A stretch of DNA of 64,000 bases from Desulfomonilia bacterium (lineage in GTDB: Bacteria; Desulfobacterota; Desulfomonilia; UBA1062): assembly GCA_963664325.2 (NCBI GenBank), contig CAXXDQ010000007.1, forward strand, positions 384,001 through 448,000, written 5' to 3'. This document shows positions 9,359 to 19,442 of this stretch, one piece after another. Made by a program: the position numbers and the translations under genes. The notes below the pieces were generated by a model. That model was given only the letters and a program-made list of their open reading frames with translations, made no database searches and had not been told where the DNA came from. The stretch's first letter is position 1; every line of letters begins with the position of its first letter.

Positions 9359-10120
9359 TTATCCCATCATCTTCATTACGAATTCGAGCGCCGAGCGCAC
9401 CTGCGGGTCAAAAAAGCAGTTGAGGCTCTGCTGCCAGTCGTTTCTGTCAAGCCTTGCCTGTATTGCATCCGCGGCAGGTTTTTTCAGCCCTTCCTTGATT
9501 TTGATGAACGCCCTGCCCGGGTTGTCGATAAACCTTGACACTATTTCCTTTGCCCTTGCCACAACACGGTCGGCAGGTACAATTTCGTCGACTGCCCCTA
9601 TGATCTGGGCCTGCGACGGGTCCATCATCTCGCCGAAATACATTACATCACGGTATGTTTTATCGCTGTTGAGGCCGAACCTCACGACCCCGGCCTGCAC
9701 CACAGAGAGAGGCAGACCTATCTTGATCTCGCTCATGCCGAACTTTATCTTGGGATTATCAGCCATTATACGGTAATCGCAGGCCATCGAGAATATCATC
9801 CCGGCTGCAACGGCATGGCCGTTTATTGCAGCAATGACCGGCTTTTTGCACATGAAGAGGTCAAGCAGTACAGGCTCCTCAATGTCAAAAAATGCCACCA
9901 CCTCATCAAGGTCTTTAAGCGAGAGAAACATCGGCAGGTCGAAACCCGAAGACATCACCTTGCCCGTGCCTGTAAGGACAATCCCTTTTACGGCATCGTC
10001 GGTATTCGCATTTTTCACTATTTCACCGAGGGCCTTAACCGTATCGAGGGTGATCGTGTTGCCCTTTCCGTTTTCAAAAGCGGCTATTATTATGCCGTCT
10101 TCATTCCTGGAATTTATCAT
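9359..10120 (-). CDS. Enoyl-CoA hydratase/isomerase family protein
   Basis: SSGFDL, KPVIAAINGHAVAAG, SEIKIG; start placed at ATG after AGGAGG. Confidence 0.85.
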   Translation of the reverse strand: MINSRNEDGIIIAAFENGKGNTITLDTVKALGEIVKNANTDDAVKGIVLTGTGKVMSSGFDLPMFLSLKDLDEVVAFFDIEEPVLLDLFMCKKPVIAAINGHAVAAGMIFSMACDYRIMADNPKIKFGMSEIKIGLPLSVVQAGVVRFGLNSDKTYRDVMYFGEMMDPSQAQIIGAVDEIVPADRVVARAKEIVSRFIDNPGRAFIKIKEGLKKPAADAIQARLDRNDWQQSLNCFFDPQVRSALEFVMKMMG

Positions 10121-10139
10121 TGTTTCCTCCTGATTATTT

Positions 10140-11027
10140 TCAGTCCGAGAATCGTGTCGAGCTGCTGACGCCCAGCTGTTCATATATCTTCAGCGTTGCC
10201 CGTGCCGCATTGAGCGTGTAGAAATGCACGCCTTTTACACCGTTATCAATCAGGTCCCTTACCTGCTCCGTCGCCCAGTGGATACCGACCTTTTCAGCAT
10301 AGTGGTCGTTTTCGGCCCGCAGCACAGATTTCTGAAGCCGGGCCGGAATCCTGGCCCCTTCCGCCTTCTCGGCTATCCTCGCCATGCTGTTCCTGTTCAG
10401 AACCGGCATTATGCCTGCAATCACAGGCACCTTAATGCCGGCAAGTTCGCAGCGCTCCCTGAAATCATAAAAATCCCTGTTGTCGAAAAAGAGCTGTGTG
10501 ATGATGTAATCGGCTCCTGCATCAACTTTGGCCTTGAGATAATCCATCTCGAGTAGCCTGTTGGGCGTTGCAGGATGGCCTTCGGGAAATCCCGCCGCGC
10601 CAACACACATTCCCGGATAATCCTTCTTTATGAATCCGATCAGTTCAGCGGCATACCGGAACCCGTCGCCAGGCGTTTCCCAAACCTGGCCCACAGGAGG
10701 GTCGCCCCTTAATGCAAGTATGTTCTGAACACCCGCATCATTATAAGTCCTGAGTATCTTTCTTATCTCATCCCTTCCCGTATTGACGCATGTTAAGTGG
10801 GAGACAACCATCAGCCCTATTTCGTTTTTGATCCTGATAACGAGCTCATGCGTGTTTTCACGAGTCGATCCGCCTGCTCCGTAGGTCACGCTCACCCAGG
10901 ACGGCTTCAGGTCTTTCAATTCGGATATCGTGTTAAAAAGTTTTTCCCAGCCCGGCTGAGTCTTGGGAGGAAAAAACTCGAAACTGAATGTGATTTTGGA
11001 CTCTCTCAGAACCTCAATTACCTTCAC
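10140..11027 (-). CDS. metF: 5,10-methylenetetrahydrofolate reductase
   Basis: FSFEFFPPK, SVTYGAGGS, LALRGDPP, ITQLFFD, HFYTLN. Confidence 0.95.
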   Translation of the reverse strand: MKVIEVLRESKITFSFEFFPPKTQPGWEKLFNTISELKDLKPSWVSVTYGAGGSTRENTHELVIRIKNEIGLMVVSHLTCVNTGRDEIRKILRTYNDAGVQNILALRGDPPVGQVWETPGDGFRYAAELIGFIKKDYPGMCVGAAGFPEGHPATPNRLLEMDYLKAKVDAGADYIITQLFFDNRDFYDFRERCELAGIKVPVIAGIMPVLNRNSMARIAEKAEGARIPARLQKSVLRAENDHYAEKVGIHWATEQVRDLIDNGVKGVHFYTLNAARATLKIYEQLGVSSSTRFSD

Positions 11028-11110
11028 AAATACCCCTGAAATTTTTTATCATAGACCGGGCATCAAGTCACTTACTATAACCACGGTTGCAGTCAATATG
11101 CATTTCAAAC

Positions 11111-11416
11111 TTAGACTTCGGAATCGGCCGGATATACATTGGTATACTTGATGCTGTAGCGGGTCTCTTCCATTATGCCGTCAACGATGCCGCGCCATTT
11201 GAGGTAATGCTGGCTTTCCTTGTGCTTTACAGGTACACCGGCATCCCTGTATATTTCGCAGAATACGAACTTCGAAGGATCATCTTCCTGCTGTATTATG
11301 TCGAACCTCAGAAACCCCGGCTCATTGAGGCTGCTTTTTGCGTTCTCGACGGAAGCCTGCCTGAACAATTCTTCCGAACCCTTTTTAACATGTATGAAGA
11401 CCAGAACGACTATCAT
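11111..11416 (-). CDS. Antibiotic biosynthesis monooxygenase (LsrG-like) protein
   Basis: EPGFLRFD, FVFCEIY, HKESQHY. Confidence 0.85.
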   Translation of the reverse strand: MIVVLVFIHVKKGSEELFRQASVENAKSSLNEPGFLRFDIIQQEDDPSKFVFCEIYRDAGVPVKHKESQHYLKWRGIVDGIMEETRYSIKYTNVYPADSEV

Positions 11417-11594
11417 TTGCGTCTCTCCTTATCAGGTGATCACAGAGAGTGTATCAACTGAAAATATTATTATCAAGAAGAAGGCTTAAGCCGCATGGCT
11501 TAAAAACACGCTTTTCCTGTCACACCCATAATACCTGCAGGCCGCCTGACAGCTTGCGAAACAGGACGCCCCGGCGGCAGCCCATACCTTGATC

Positions 11595-12518
11595 TTATTT
11601 CTGGATATCCGGCTTTATCACCGTCATTGCCGTTGCAATAAGCCCGGCCATGTCGGAGAGATTTGCCGGTATTATCATCGAGTTGTTGGTCTTGGCAAGC
11701 CCTGCAAATGCGTTCACGAACTGTTCGGCCACGCGAAGATTAACCGCCTGCAGTCCGTTCGCCTCACCTATGGATTTGGCAATTTCCCTTATCCCGGTGG
11801 CGGTCGCCTCTGCAACAAGCTTGATCTCCGCCGCCCTTCCCTCGGCCTCGTTGATGCGCTTCTGCTTCTCACCCTCTGACTTCAGTATGAACTCTCTCTT
11901 GTCGCCTTCGGCCACGTTGATCTTAGCCTGCATCGCGCCCTCGGACTCGGCTATGACGGCCCGCTTCTCGCGTTCGGCTCTCATCTGCTTTTCCATGGCG
12001 TCCTTGATGCTCTGAGGCGGCTGAATATTCTTGATTTCATAACGGATGACCTTCACACCCCAGGGTTCGGAAGCCTTGTCCAGCGCGTCCACAACAGCAG
12101 CGTTTATTTTTTCCCGTTCTTCAAATGTCTTGTCCAGTTCTATCTGGCCTATCTGCGAGCGCATGGTCGTCTGCGCGAGCTGGATGGATGCGAATAGAAG
12201 GTTTGAAATGCCGTAGCTCGCCTTCTCCGCTGAGACTATCTGCAGATAAAGCACTCCGTCAACCTCTATTGCTATGTTGTCCCTTGTGATGCACGATTGC
12301 GGCGGCACGTCTATTGCCGCTTCCTTAAGTGAATGCCTGTAGGCGACCTTGTCTATAAAAGGGATGAGCACATGAAGGCCCGCATCCCATGTTGCAAAGT
12401 ATTTCCCCAGCCTTTCAACCACATAAGCTGTTTTCTGCGGGACAATCCGTATACCCCAGCCCAGGATAATTACGACAAGAATGATAATTATAGAAAGTAT
12501 AACGGTCGGAACTGACAT
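11595..12518 (-). CDS. SPFH/stomatin (paraslipin, QmcA-like) protein
   Basis: VVERLGKY, QLAQTTMRS, EKQMRAEREKRA; paired with NfeD. Confidence 0.92.
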   Translation of the reverse strand: MSVPTVILSIIIILVVIILGWGIRIVPQKTAYVVERLGKYFATWDAGLHVLIPFIDKVAYRHSLKEAAIDVPPQSCITRDNIAIEVDGVLYLQIVSAEKASYGISNLLFASIQLAQTTMRSQIGQIELDKTFEEREKINAAVVDALDKASEPWGVKVIRYEIKNIQPPQSIKDAMEKQMRAEREKRAVIAESEGAMQAKINVAEGDKREFILKSEGEKQKRINEAEGRAAEIKLVAEATATGIREIAKSIGEANGLQAVNLRVAEQFVNAFAGLAKTNNSMIIPANLSDMAGLIATAMTVIKPDIQK

Positions 12519-12528
12519 ATTACCTCCC

Positions 12529-12987
12529 TTATTTATTGTTAAGCGGCTTGACCTTCAGAGTAATGTTATCCCTGCCTGCTATTTCCACGTTTTCACCAAC
12601 GGGAATGGCCAGCTCCGATACGGCGGGCCATGAACTGCCCCTGAACTCCACCTTACCCGCAATCCCCGGCCTGATCTCCTGTATAACGACTGCTTTCATG
12701 CCTACATATCCCTCTAGGTATTCATCGGAAGTCCCCGGAGTCCTGTTTCTCCCTACGAAGATCCCGCTGAATTTCTTTCTGAGCAGGAGAAGCAGCGCCA
12801 GTGAAAGCACGAGGAATGCCAGCAGTTGAGATGAAAGGGACAGAGGAAATATCCAGAGGAGTACAGCAGTCAGCATAGCTCCGAGTCCGAAGAAAAAGAT
12901 GATCAGCCCGGGAAGCGCAAGCTCCACGAGACAGAGTATAGCCCCGAGAATAAACCATATAAGCACCGGATTTTTGAGAAGTTCCAT
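12529..12987 (-). CDS. NfeD family membrane protein
   Basis: N-terminal TM helices plus GKVEFRGSSW OB-like tail; upstream of the SPFH gene. Confidence 0.85.
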   Translation of the reverse strand: MELLKNPVLIWFILGAILCLVELALPGLIIFFFGLGAMLTAVLLWIFPLSLSSQLLAFLVLSLALLLLLRKKFSGIFVGRNRTPGTSDEYLEGYVGMKAVVIQEIRPGIAGKVEFRGSSWPAVSELAIPVGENVEIAGRDNITLKVKPLNNK

Positions 12988-13280
12988 GAAATCCTCCAAT
13001 TCATCCAACTTGATCTCTGTGGCAAATAATACCCCAAGTCGTATCCTTCTTCAAATTAAAGAACAGGTAATATTTAAAATGACTGTCACGGTTCCACCCT
13101 GAAAAGATTAAATCGTTCATTTTTTTGTTGCGATTAAACGTTTCTTTTAACCGGCGCATACTTTTTTAAAAGAATCGATCAGTAAAGCTTGCCTTTACAA
13201 CATTGCAAATTCATTTAGCAACCATGATATGTTACGCAATTTCATTATGTTAAGGGCTTTTTTTATTAAATATCAAAAAC

Positions 13281-13296
13281 TGGCACGGTTCTTCCT
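13281..13296 (+). promoter_or_regulatory. Possible sigma54 (-24/-12) promoter with non-canonical -12
   Basis: TGGCAC-GGTTC-TTCCT versus consensus TGGCAC-N5-TTGCW. Confidence 0.35.
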
Positions 13297-13338
13297 AAGG
13301 AATAATGTAAAGAAACGCAAATTAAGGGAGGGTAAAAA

Positions 13339-13614
13339 ATGAAAAGGACAATGCAGACATTGATCGTATCGGTATTCGTCGTATTAATCACAGCAACTTT
13401 CGCCTTCGCGGCAAACGCAATCTCCGGCGACGGGAGCTTCCCTTATTTCAATCTCGGCTGCCTTATCATGGGCGGACTGACAATAGTATCCTTGAAGTAC
13501 AGATATCCGAAAATGTATCTCAGCGAGGCGGTCGGATCATTCGCACTTTACGCTGTGCTGGTTGCCCTGTTCACGGCCCCGGTGATTGAGTCTGTAAGGA
13601 CTCTTGTAAACTGA
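13339..13614 (+). CDS. Small hypothetical membrane protein
   Basis: GGGAGG RBS; signal-like N-terminus plus two hydrophobic helices. Confidence 0.75.
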   Translation: MKRTMQTLIVSVFVVLITATFAFAANAISGDGSFPYFNLGCLIMGGLTIVSLKYRYPKMYLSEAVGSFALYAVLVALFTAPVIESVRTLVN

Positions 13615-13675
13615 TATAGAGCCATATGGGACGGGATTCATATCCCGCCCCTAAGATTAGTGAAAGGGGATAATT

Positions 13676-13933
13676 ATGAAGAAGCTCTTCAAAGACGATA
13701 AAGACAGAAAAACCATGAATAATGTCCTGAAGATCAGCGCATGGGGTTTCGTAATAGTTATTTCTTCTTTCGTATTCATGTTCGTCGGACGGTGGATAGA
13801 TGTTAATTTCAACACCGAACCGGCCTTCATGCTGGGTATGCTTGTCCTGGGCATCTCCCTCGGAATATTCAGGATGTACAGGGACGGAGTGGACAAAATT
13901 CAAAAAGTATACAAGAAAGACAAACCAGCCTGA
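13676..13933 (+). CDS. AtpZ/AtpI (ATPase gene-1) family small membrane protein
   Basis: Two TM helices with GRWID..F.TEP.F...G...G pattern. Confidence 0.7.
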   Translation: MKKLFKDDKDRKTMNNVLKISAWGFVIVISSFVFMFVGRWIDVNFNTEPAFMLGMLVLGISLGIFRMYRDGVDKIQKVYKKDKPA

Positions 13934-13987
13934 GACGTTATCCGATTAATATTCCGCCCTGAACCTGATCAGGCACTGTTTATTATT

Positions 13988-15382
13988 CTACTCGTTGACA
14001 TTATACCCGTATTCAAGTCCACCGTCGTCAGACCAGAAATCGCGGATGGTCTCATAGACCTTTACTTTTATCGGATATTTGTGAAGCAAGTCCCAGTTCA
14101 GGTATACCGTCTTTTCCGTCAGACGGGAAACGACAACATGAACATTCACCCCAAGCGCCTCGAAATCGCTGAAGATATAGTCTTCATGGGGAAACAGCAG
14201 CCTGTTGTAGTCTCCGATCTCAGATCGGAAATCCATTACGGTTTTATAATTTGAAGTCTCAATGGTTATCTTCTGGTTAAGAGGAATTTTCGCGGAGCCG
14301 AGTGAATCTGTATAGACGGCCCAGTTGTCCCGCTCTATCTTGTAAATTTTAACAATTCCGTCATTTGTCGTAACGAATCCGGGCTGCAGGATGTCCTCAA
14401 CGGAATTCGGTGACATGACAATGCTTCTCACCCCGATATGCGTATCGCTGTTAAGCCTGATATCAGCGAATTTGCCTATGCCCGGAATGCTTAATTGAGT
14501 CGGATTATCCCCGGTTTCCAGGGCTGTGGCAAGATTATGCCTTCCAATGCCGGCTATAATCGAGAGGTCCTTTTTAGGGTCTGAATTGGGTACATTGACA
14601 TGATACCATCCCCATGGGAAATCGATTGACGGATTCCCTTCCGGGAAATTCACACCCCAGTTTTCATCGCAATAGGCGCGGAAATTTTCATTTCTTTCTA
14701 TAATATAAGTGGTATCGCCGACCTTGATGTATCCTTCAGCCTCTGAATCATGGGCATAGGTGTTCCAGTTTATAAGGCCCACACTCTTCGCGATATTCTG
14801 AATATCCTGTTGTCCATACCAGCCGTAATTCCTGTATATAACCAAGTCCCACTCAATATATATGCCCGGAGCGCATCCGTCCGCGAACCAGACGCTTGAA
14901 GGGTTCCTCATTTTTCCGCGCACATGATAGGTGTCGTCGTTAATCACTTTAATCTCAAAATCGACATCCTGATTATTCTTGATCGTAATATCGAAATCCC
15001 GCTCCGCCTTGAAATTTTCCAATGGATAGCGCTCGATTTTCTGGAAGTTTTTCCCATTCACCTTATCGACCATTGCAAACAAGACATATGAGCCCTCGTT
15101 GGTCAGATCTTTTGCGCAGGCCGACATACTGTAGTCAAATGCGAAGTAACGGTTATTTTTGTGGTCTTTAACTGCAAAATACCACCATTGATAAAACGGT
15201 TTGTCCGAGAAATATTCCGCCCTGCGATACCTCTGATGATAACTTTCCGGCTGCACGACTCCATCTCTGGCCAGCGATGCTATCTTTCCGGGGTCGGTAA
15301 ACGGATAGTCTTTCAAATCATATGCATGAGAAATAAGCGGAAAAAACAACAATACAATTAAAATCAGACTGCATTTTTTCAT
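13988..15382 (-). CDS. Exported tocopherol-cyclase-like (AttH-fold) protein
   Basis: Signal peptide; FYQWWYF and YCDENWGVNFP...WGWY motifs. Confidence 0.6.
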   Translation of the reverse strand: MKKCSLILIVLLFFPLISHAYDLKDYPFTDPGKIASLARDGVVQPESYHQRYRRAEYFSDKPFYQWWYFAVKDHKNNRYFAFDYSMSACAKDLTNEGSYVLFAMVDKVNGKNFQKIERYPLENFKAERDFDITIKNNQDVDFEIKVINDDTYHVRGKMRNPSSVWFADGCAPGIYIEWDLVIYRNYGWYGQQDIQNIAKSVGLINWNTYAHDSEAEGYIKVGDTTYIIERNENFRAYCDENWGVNFPEGNPSIDFPWGWYHVNVPNSDPKKDLSIIAGIGRHNLATALETGDNPTQLSIPGIGKFADIRLNSDTHIGVRSIVMSPNSVEDILQPGFVTTNDGIVKIYKIERDNWAVYTDSLGSAKIPLNQKITIETSNYKTVMDFRSEIGDYNRLLFPHEDYIFSDFEALGVNVHVVVSRLTEKTVYLNWDLLHKYPIKVKVYETIRDFWSDDGGLEYGYNVNE

Positions 15383-15434
15383 AAATACTACACCCTCCCG
15401 GTTGACTTAAAAAAGTTCCTAGTTTGCGGCCTCT

Positions 15435-16820
15435 CTACCAGAATTTTTTCATCAGGTAAGGCGAAGAGGCACTGCCCTGAATAACTTTATCAAGTGAAGA
15501 TGCGGTCACTTTAATTCTGAAAATATCGATCTTGCTTCCCTCGGGGACCGTATCTCCCAGGGTGAACGCAATCTTGTTGGCCTTGACACCTTTCGCTACC
15601 GGAATCTTGAGGTCTGCCGCAACCAGTTCAACATCATATGACAGAGGATTTCCCTGGTCAGGGTTCAATACTTTCCAGCCGACATTTATCACTTCACTCG
15701 TTCTATATGCCGCTTTTAAAGGATAGTTATCCACTGTTACGGAAAGCCTGGGTATTTCATAATGATGCATGAGCTCCCCGTACGCCCTTCCGGACACTGC
15801 AACATTTCCCAAGGTTCCGGATGCGGAAATGCTTCCCTCCCAGAAATCGCCGTTTAACGGGAAGGTGACCATCTGGTTCTTGAACTCAGGGGTGAGAGTC
15901 AATTTCAGATTGATTTCAGGCACATCAAGAGTCCACCCCATGGACATGTAATTTTTGCTTGCGGGGTCCTGCCAGTAGCCTGTCCTGGTAAATATCGAAG
16001 TAAGGCCGGGAAGCGTGATCCCGTCTGGAGAAAAATATTGAATTCCGCCGTAAGTCCCCCCGTATGGGAGGTTATGATTCCGGTCAAAAATATTGCTTAT
16101 CAGGATGTCCGAACCATCGTCAAGCTGCACGCAGAACCATTCATATGTTTCAAACAACCTGTAAAATTCCACCGGCGAAACCAGGAAATTACCATATTGA
16201 TGGTCCATCCATCCCAGGCCGCTTATGTTTTCGGTTATACCTCCATAAGTTAAAACGGCATTAAGCTGAAGCCTGGTGAGTGAATAGTACCAGCTATATC
16301 CGCTGGAACCGATCGGAACATAGCCTGTCCCGCCAACCAGCATCGGAGGTTTTAACGACACCAATTCCCCCTTGATGTGCATATCCGAATGGTTCGTTTC
16401 GAATTCATATTCAAACGGAACAAGGTTCCCGCTTTGATCTTTTTTGCATCTCATAAAGTCGGTACCGTATTGGGTAACCTGTGTAACATCGAGGTAACCG
16501 GCCTTTGAATTCACCAGGCCTAGGGTCGTTCCGCTCAAATGTGTCTTCTGGGTAACGTTGGTGACGGTAAAGAACCTGAACTGATTATTGAAATGCGTCA
16601 CCAGGATTGAGTATTTGTCTCCGGTCGTTTCTCCTACGGCATGTATTACCACATACCACCACTCAAGGCCCGTCGGGAATATAATACTATGAGAGCCTTC
16701 GTCTTTCGGGAATACTATTTTTGAATTCGGATCGGTATAGGGATAAGTTTTCCAATCACTTGCCTGAGAAAAAAGAGGAAGGAACAGTAATGCAAATAAA
16801 ACAAGAGCACATTTTTTCAT
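15435..16820 (-). CDS. Exported AttH/CrtC-like lipocalin-fold hydratase with C-terminal beta-sandwich extension
   Basis: Signal peptide; EWWY, WYYSLTRL, GWMDHQYG, WFCVQLDDG, FWEG. Confidence 0.75.
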   Translation of the reverse strand: MKKCALVLFALLFLPLFSQASDWKTYPYTDPNSKIVFPKDEGSHSIIFPTGLEWWYVVIHAVGETTGDKYSILVTHFNNQFRFFTVTNVTQKTHLSGTTLGLVNSKAGYLDVTQVTQYGTDFMRCKKDQSGNLVPFEYEFETNHSDMHIKGELVSLKPPMLVGGTGYVPIGSSGYSWYYSLTRLQLNAVLTYGGITENISGLGWMDHQYGNFLVSPVEFYRLFETYEWFCVQLDDGSDILISNIFDRNHNLPYGGTYGGIQYFSPDGITLPGLTSIFTRTGYWQDPASKNYMSMGWTLDVPEINLKLTLTPEFKNQMVTFPLNGDFWEGSISASGTLGNVAVSGRAYGELMHHYEIPRLSVTVDNYPLKAAYRTSEVINVGWKVLNPDQGNPLSYDVELVAADLKIPVAKGVKANKIAFTLGDTVPEGSKIDIFRIKVTASSLDKVIQGSASSPYLMKKFW

Positions 16821-17080
16821 AGAATTAAACCCCCTCAGCATATATTTTTTAGTAGTAATCAAATGCTCAAATAGAATCAGAAGTATAATTTTAAATTATT
16901 TGATCTAAGAAGTCTATCGCTTATTTCATGATTAATACGGAGTTTATGAACAAAATATAGCGTCATGTAATTAATGTACCATTCTTGGTTTACCTGTACA
17001 ATATTATCCCTCAAACAGGACCAAGTTATCTCCATGTAATTTTAAGCGCAGTATCCATTCACCGCTCATGAATTCCACCC

Positions 17081-17971
17081 TTATTCGATTTCAGTGACAA
17101 CCGTCTGTGCCTGATGATGCAGCCAGCTTTCAATGCCGAAGGCAATAAGGGCAAACCATATTATTCCGAAGCCTATCAGCTTTGAAACGCTAAATGGCTC
17201 TTTATACATGATCACTCCCACCAGAAATTGAAGGGTCGGCGCGATGTACTGAAGAATTCCAATCAAGCTAAGCGGGATTCTTTTTACGGCTGAAGCGAAC
17301 ATTAGCAGCGGTACAACGGTAATAACCCCTGCACCCATCAGCAGCAGCACAGTGGAAATCCCTGCCTGAAAAACTACTCCCCTGCCCGCAGATTCCATAT
17401 AGAAGATATACAAAATTGCCGGCAACAGAAGAATCCCTGTTTCAAGCGTAAGGCCATGAAGCGATCCAAGCACGCCTTTTTTCTTGACCATCCCGTAAAA
17501 TCCGAAAGAAAAGCCAAGCACAAGGGCTATCCATGGTATTTTCCCATAGGCGAATGTCAGGAAGGCGACACCGGCTCCGGCTATAAAAATTGGAACCCAT
17601 TGCCATATGCGAAGTTTTTCCCTGAGAAAAAACACCCCAAGGAGAACGCTGATAAGCGGATTTATAAAATAGCCCAGGCTGGCTTCAACTATAAATCCCT
17701 CACCGACCGACCATACATAGGTAAACCAGTTTATGCCGATCAACAGTGCCGCTAAAAAATACACCCTGAGAATTCGATTATCGGTAAAGGAATTTGTGAC
17801 AGCCGCTGTCCGTCCGGTAAAGAAGATGACCATAACCAGGCATACAAAGGACCATATAATCCTGTGGCTCAGAAGTTGGGGTGCCGGTACATTGCCCAGC
17901 TGCTTGATGTAGACGGGTATAAAACCCCATATGAAATAAGCGCCGATTGCATACCAGATCCCTCTATTCAT
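17081..17971 (-). CDS. rarD: RarD (EamA/DMT family) permease
   Basis: HRIIWS, EASLGYFINPL, LQYIAPTLQF. Confidence 0.92.
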   Translation of the reverse strand: MNRGIWYAIGAYFIWGFIPVYIKQLGNVPAPQLLSHRIIWSFVCLVMVIFFTGRTAAVTNSFTDNRILRVYFLAALLIGINWFTYVWSVGEGFIVEASLGYFINPLISVLLGVFFLREKLRIWQWVPIFIAGAGVAFLTFAYGKIPWIALVLGFSFGFYGMVKKKGVLGSLHGLTLETGILLLPAILYIFYMESAGRGVVFQAGISTVLLLMGAGVITVVPLLMFASAVKRIPLSLIGILQYIAPTLQFLVGVIMYKEPFSVSKLIGFGIIWFALIAFGIESWLHHQAQTVVTEIE

Positions 17972-18133
17972 ATTTTATCCTGTATCAAACAAGCCGAGTT
18001 AAAACAATGGATGAGGGTAACTAGTCTTCCCCACAGAAGCACAAGATCCGGTTGATTGGAAAAGGTCCTGATGCAGGAAAGGATAAAAAGAAACCCGTAT
18101 CTCAAACTGATTAGAACTAAGCTCTTATATAGT

Positions 18134-18169
18134 AAAAAAAAAGCCGCCGGATGGCGGCCTTTTTTTTTT
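18134..18169. terminator. Intrinsic terminator (bidirectional shape) after thiolase
   Basis: A9-GCCGCC-GGAT-GGCGGC-C-T10. Confidence 0.85.
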
Positions 18170-18182
18170 ATTCTAAAACAAT

Positions 18183-19412
18183 CTAGCAGAGTTCGAATAC
18201 AGCAGCGGCACCCATTCCACCGCCTATACACATGGACACAATACCATATTTCTTGCCAAGCCTCTGCATGTTAGCCATCAGCGTTGCAGTCAGTTTTGCG
18301 CCTGTGCAGCCCAGCGGATGTCCCAGTGCAATTGCGCCGCCATTGATGTTTACAATCCTCTTGTCGCTCTCATGTGACCAGTACTGCTCGTCACCTATGC
18401 CAAGCTCGCGGGCACAATATATTGCCTGGGATGCAAACGCTTCGTTAAGCTCGAATATGCCGTTTTTCTTCATGTCATCAATTGTAAGGCCAGCAATTTT
18501 GAGCGCCTTCGGAATGGCATACTTTGGTCCGACACCCATTTCATCAGCCCTGCAACCGGCAACTGCGTATGCAATGATCTTTGCAATCGGCTTAACGCCA
18601 AGCCTTTTAACGGCTTCACCGCTCATCACAAGCGTTGCAGCCGAGCCGTCTGTCGTCTGAGAAGAGTTGCCTGCCGTAACCGTCCCGCAGTTCTTGACCC
18701 ACGGATTTGCATTCGAGAATGCCGGCTTCAGTTTGGCAAGCCCTTCCATTGTTGTATCGCCGCGCACTCCGTCGTCAAATGTCTGCATCGAAACTGACTT
18801 TATCCAATCGCTGCCCTTTTCGACATATTTCACTGCCGGCGTAGGAACTATTTCTGTGAAAAGGCCTTTTTTCTGTGCTTCGGCTGCCTTCATGTTTGAT
18901 GAAACTGCGAATTGATCCTGTGCTTCTCTTGTTACGTCATAGCGCTGTGCAACGTTTTCGGCTGTAATGCCCATTGATATGTAGACATCAGGGTTTACCT
19001 TTGCCCATTCCGGGTCCGGCCTTGGAAGGTTTCCACCCATGGGGACTATTGACATTGACTCGAGCCCTGCACCTATTGCCACATCACACCAGCCTGCCTG
19101 AATGCGTGCGGTCTGAAGCGCAATGGCTTCAATGCCTGACGAACAGAATCTGTTGACAACTGCGCCGCATGTATCATCAGGGAATCCTGCCATCTGTGCT
19201 ACTATTCTTCCTACATTGAGTCCCTGCTCTGCTTCCGGGAATGCGCAACCGACAAGAACATCTTCCACTTCCTTCTTGTCAACGCCCGCCCTCTCCATAA
19301 GGCCCTGCAGGGCCGTTTTGAGAAGATCTTCCGGCCTGGTCTGATTGAAAGCGCCGCGGGCCCTTCTGCAACCGGGTGTCCTAACTGCCTGAACTATATA
19401 AGCTTCTCTCAT
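18183..19412 (-). CDS. fadA: Acetyl-CoA C-acyltransferase (thiolase)
   Basis: VNRFCSSG, ELNEAFA, GGAIALGHPLG, SMCIGGGMG. Confidence 0.92.
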   Translation of the reverse strand: MREAYIVQAVRTPGCRRARGAFNQTRPEDLLKTALQGLMERAGVDKKEVEDVLVGCAFPEAEQGLNVGRIVAQMAGFPDDTCGAVVNRFCSSGIEAIALQTARIQAGWCDVAIGAGLESMSIVPMGGNLPRPDPEWAKVNPDVYISMGITAENVAQRYDVTREAQDQFAVSSNMKAAEAQKKGLFTEIVPTPAVKYVEKGSDWIKSVSMQTFDDGVRGDTTMEGLAKLKPAFSNANPWVKNCGTVTAGNSSQTTDGSAATLVMSGEAVKRLGVKPIAKIIAYAVAGCRADEMGVGPKYAIPKALKIAGLTIDDMKKNGIFELNEAFASQAIYCARELGIGDEQYWSHESDKRIVNINGGAIALGHPLGCTGAKLTATLMANMQRLGKKYGIVSMCIGGGMGAAAVFELC

Positions 19413-19442
19413 TGTTAATCCTCCTGTCCTTCCGTTTCCAGC

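Noticed and set aside
11028-11110. SAM riboswitch or SahR box upstream of metF
   Set aside because: Region is short, no riboswitch core seen, only an ATCAAG half-site
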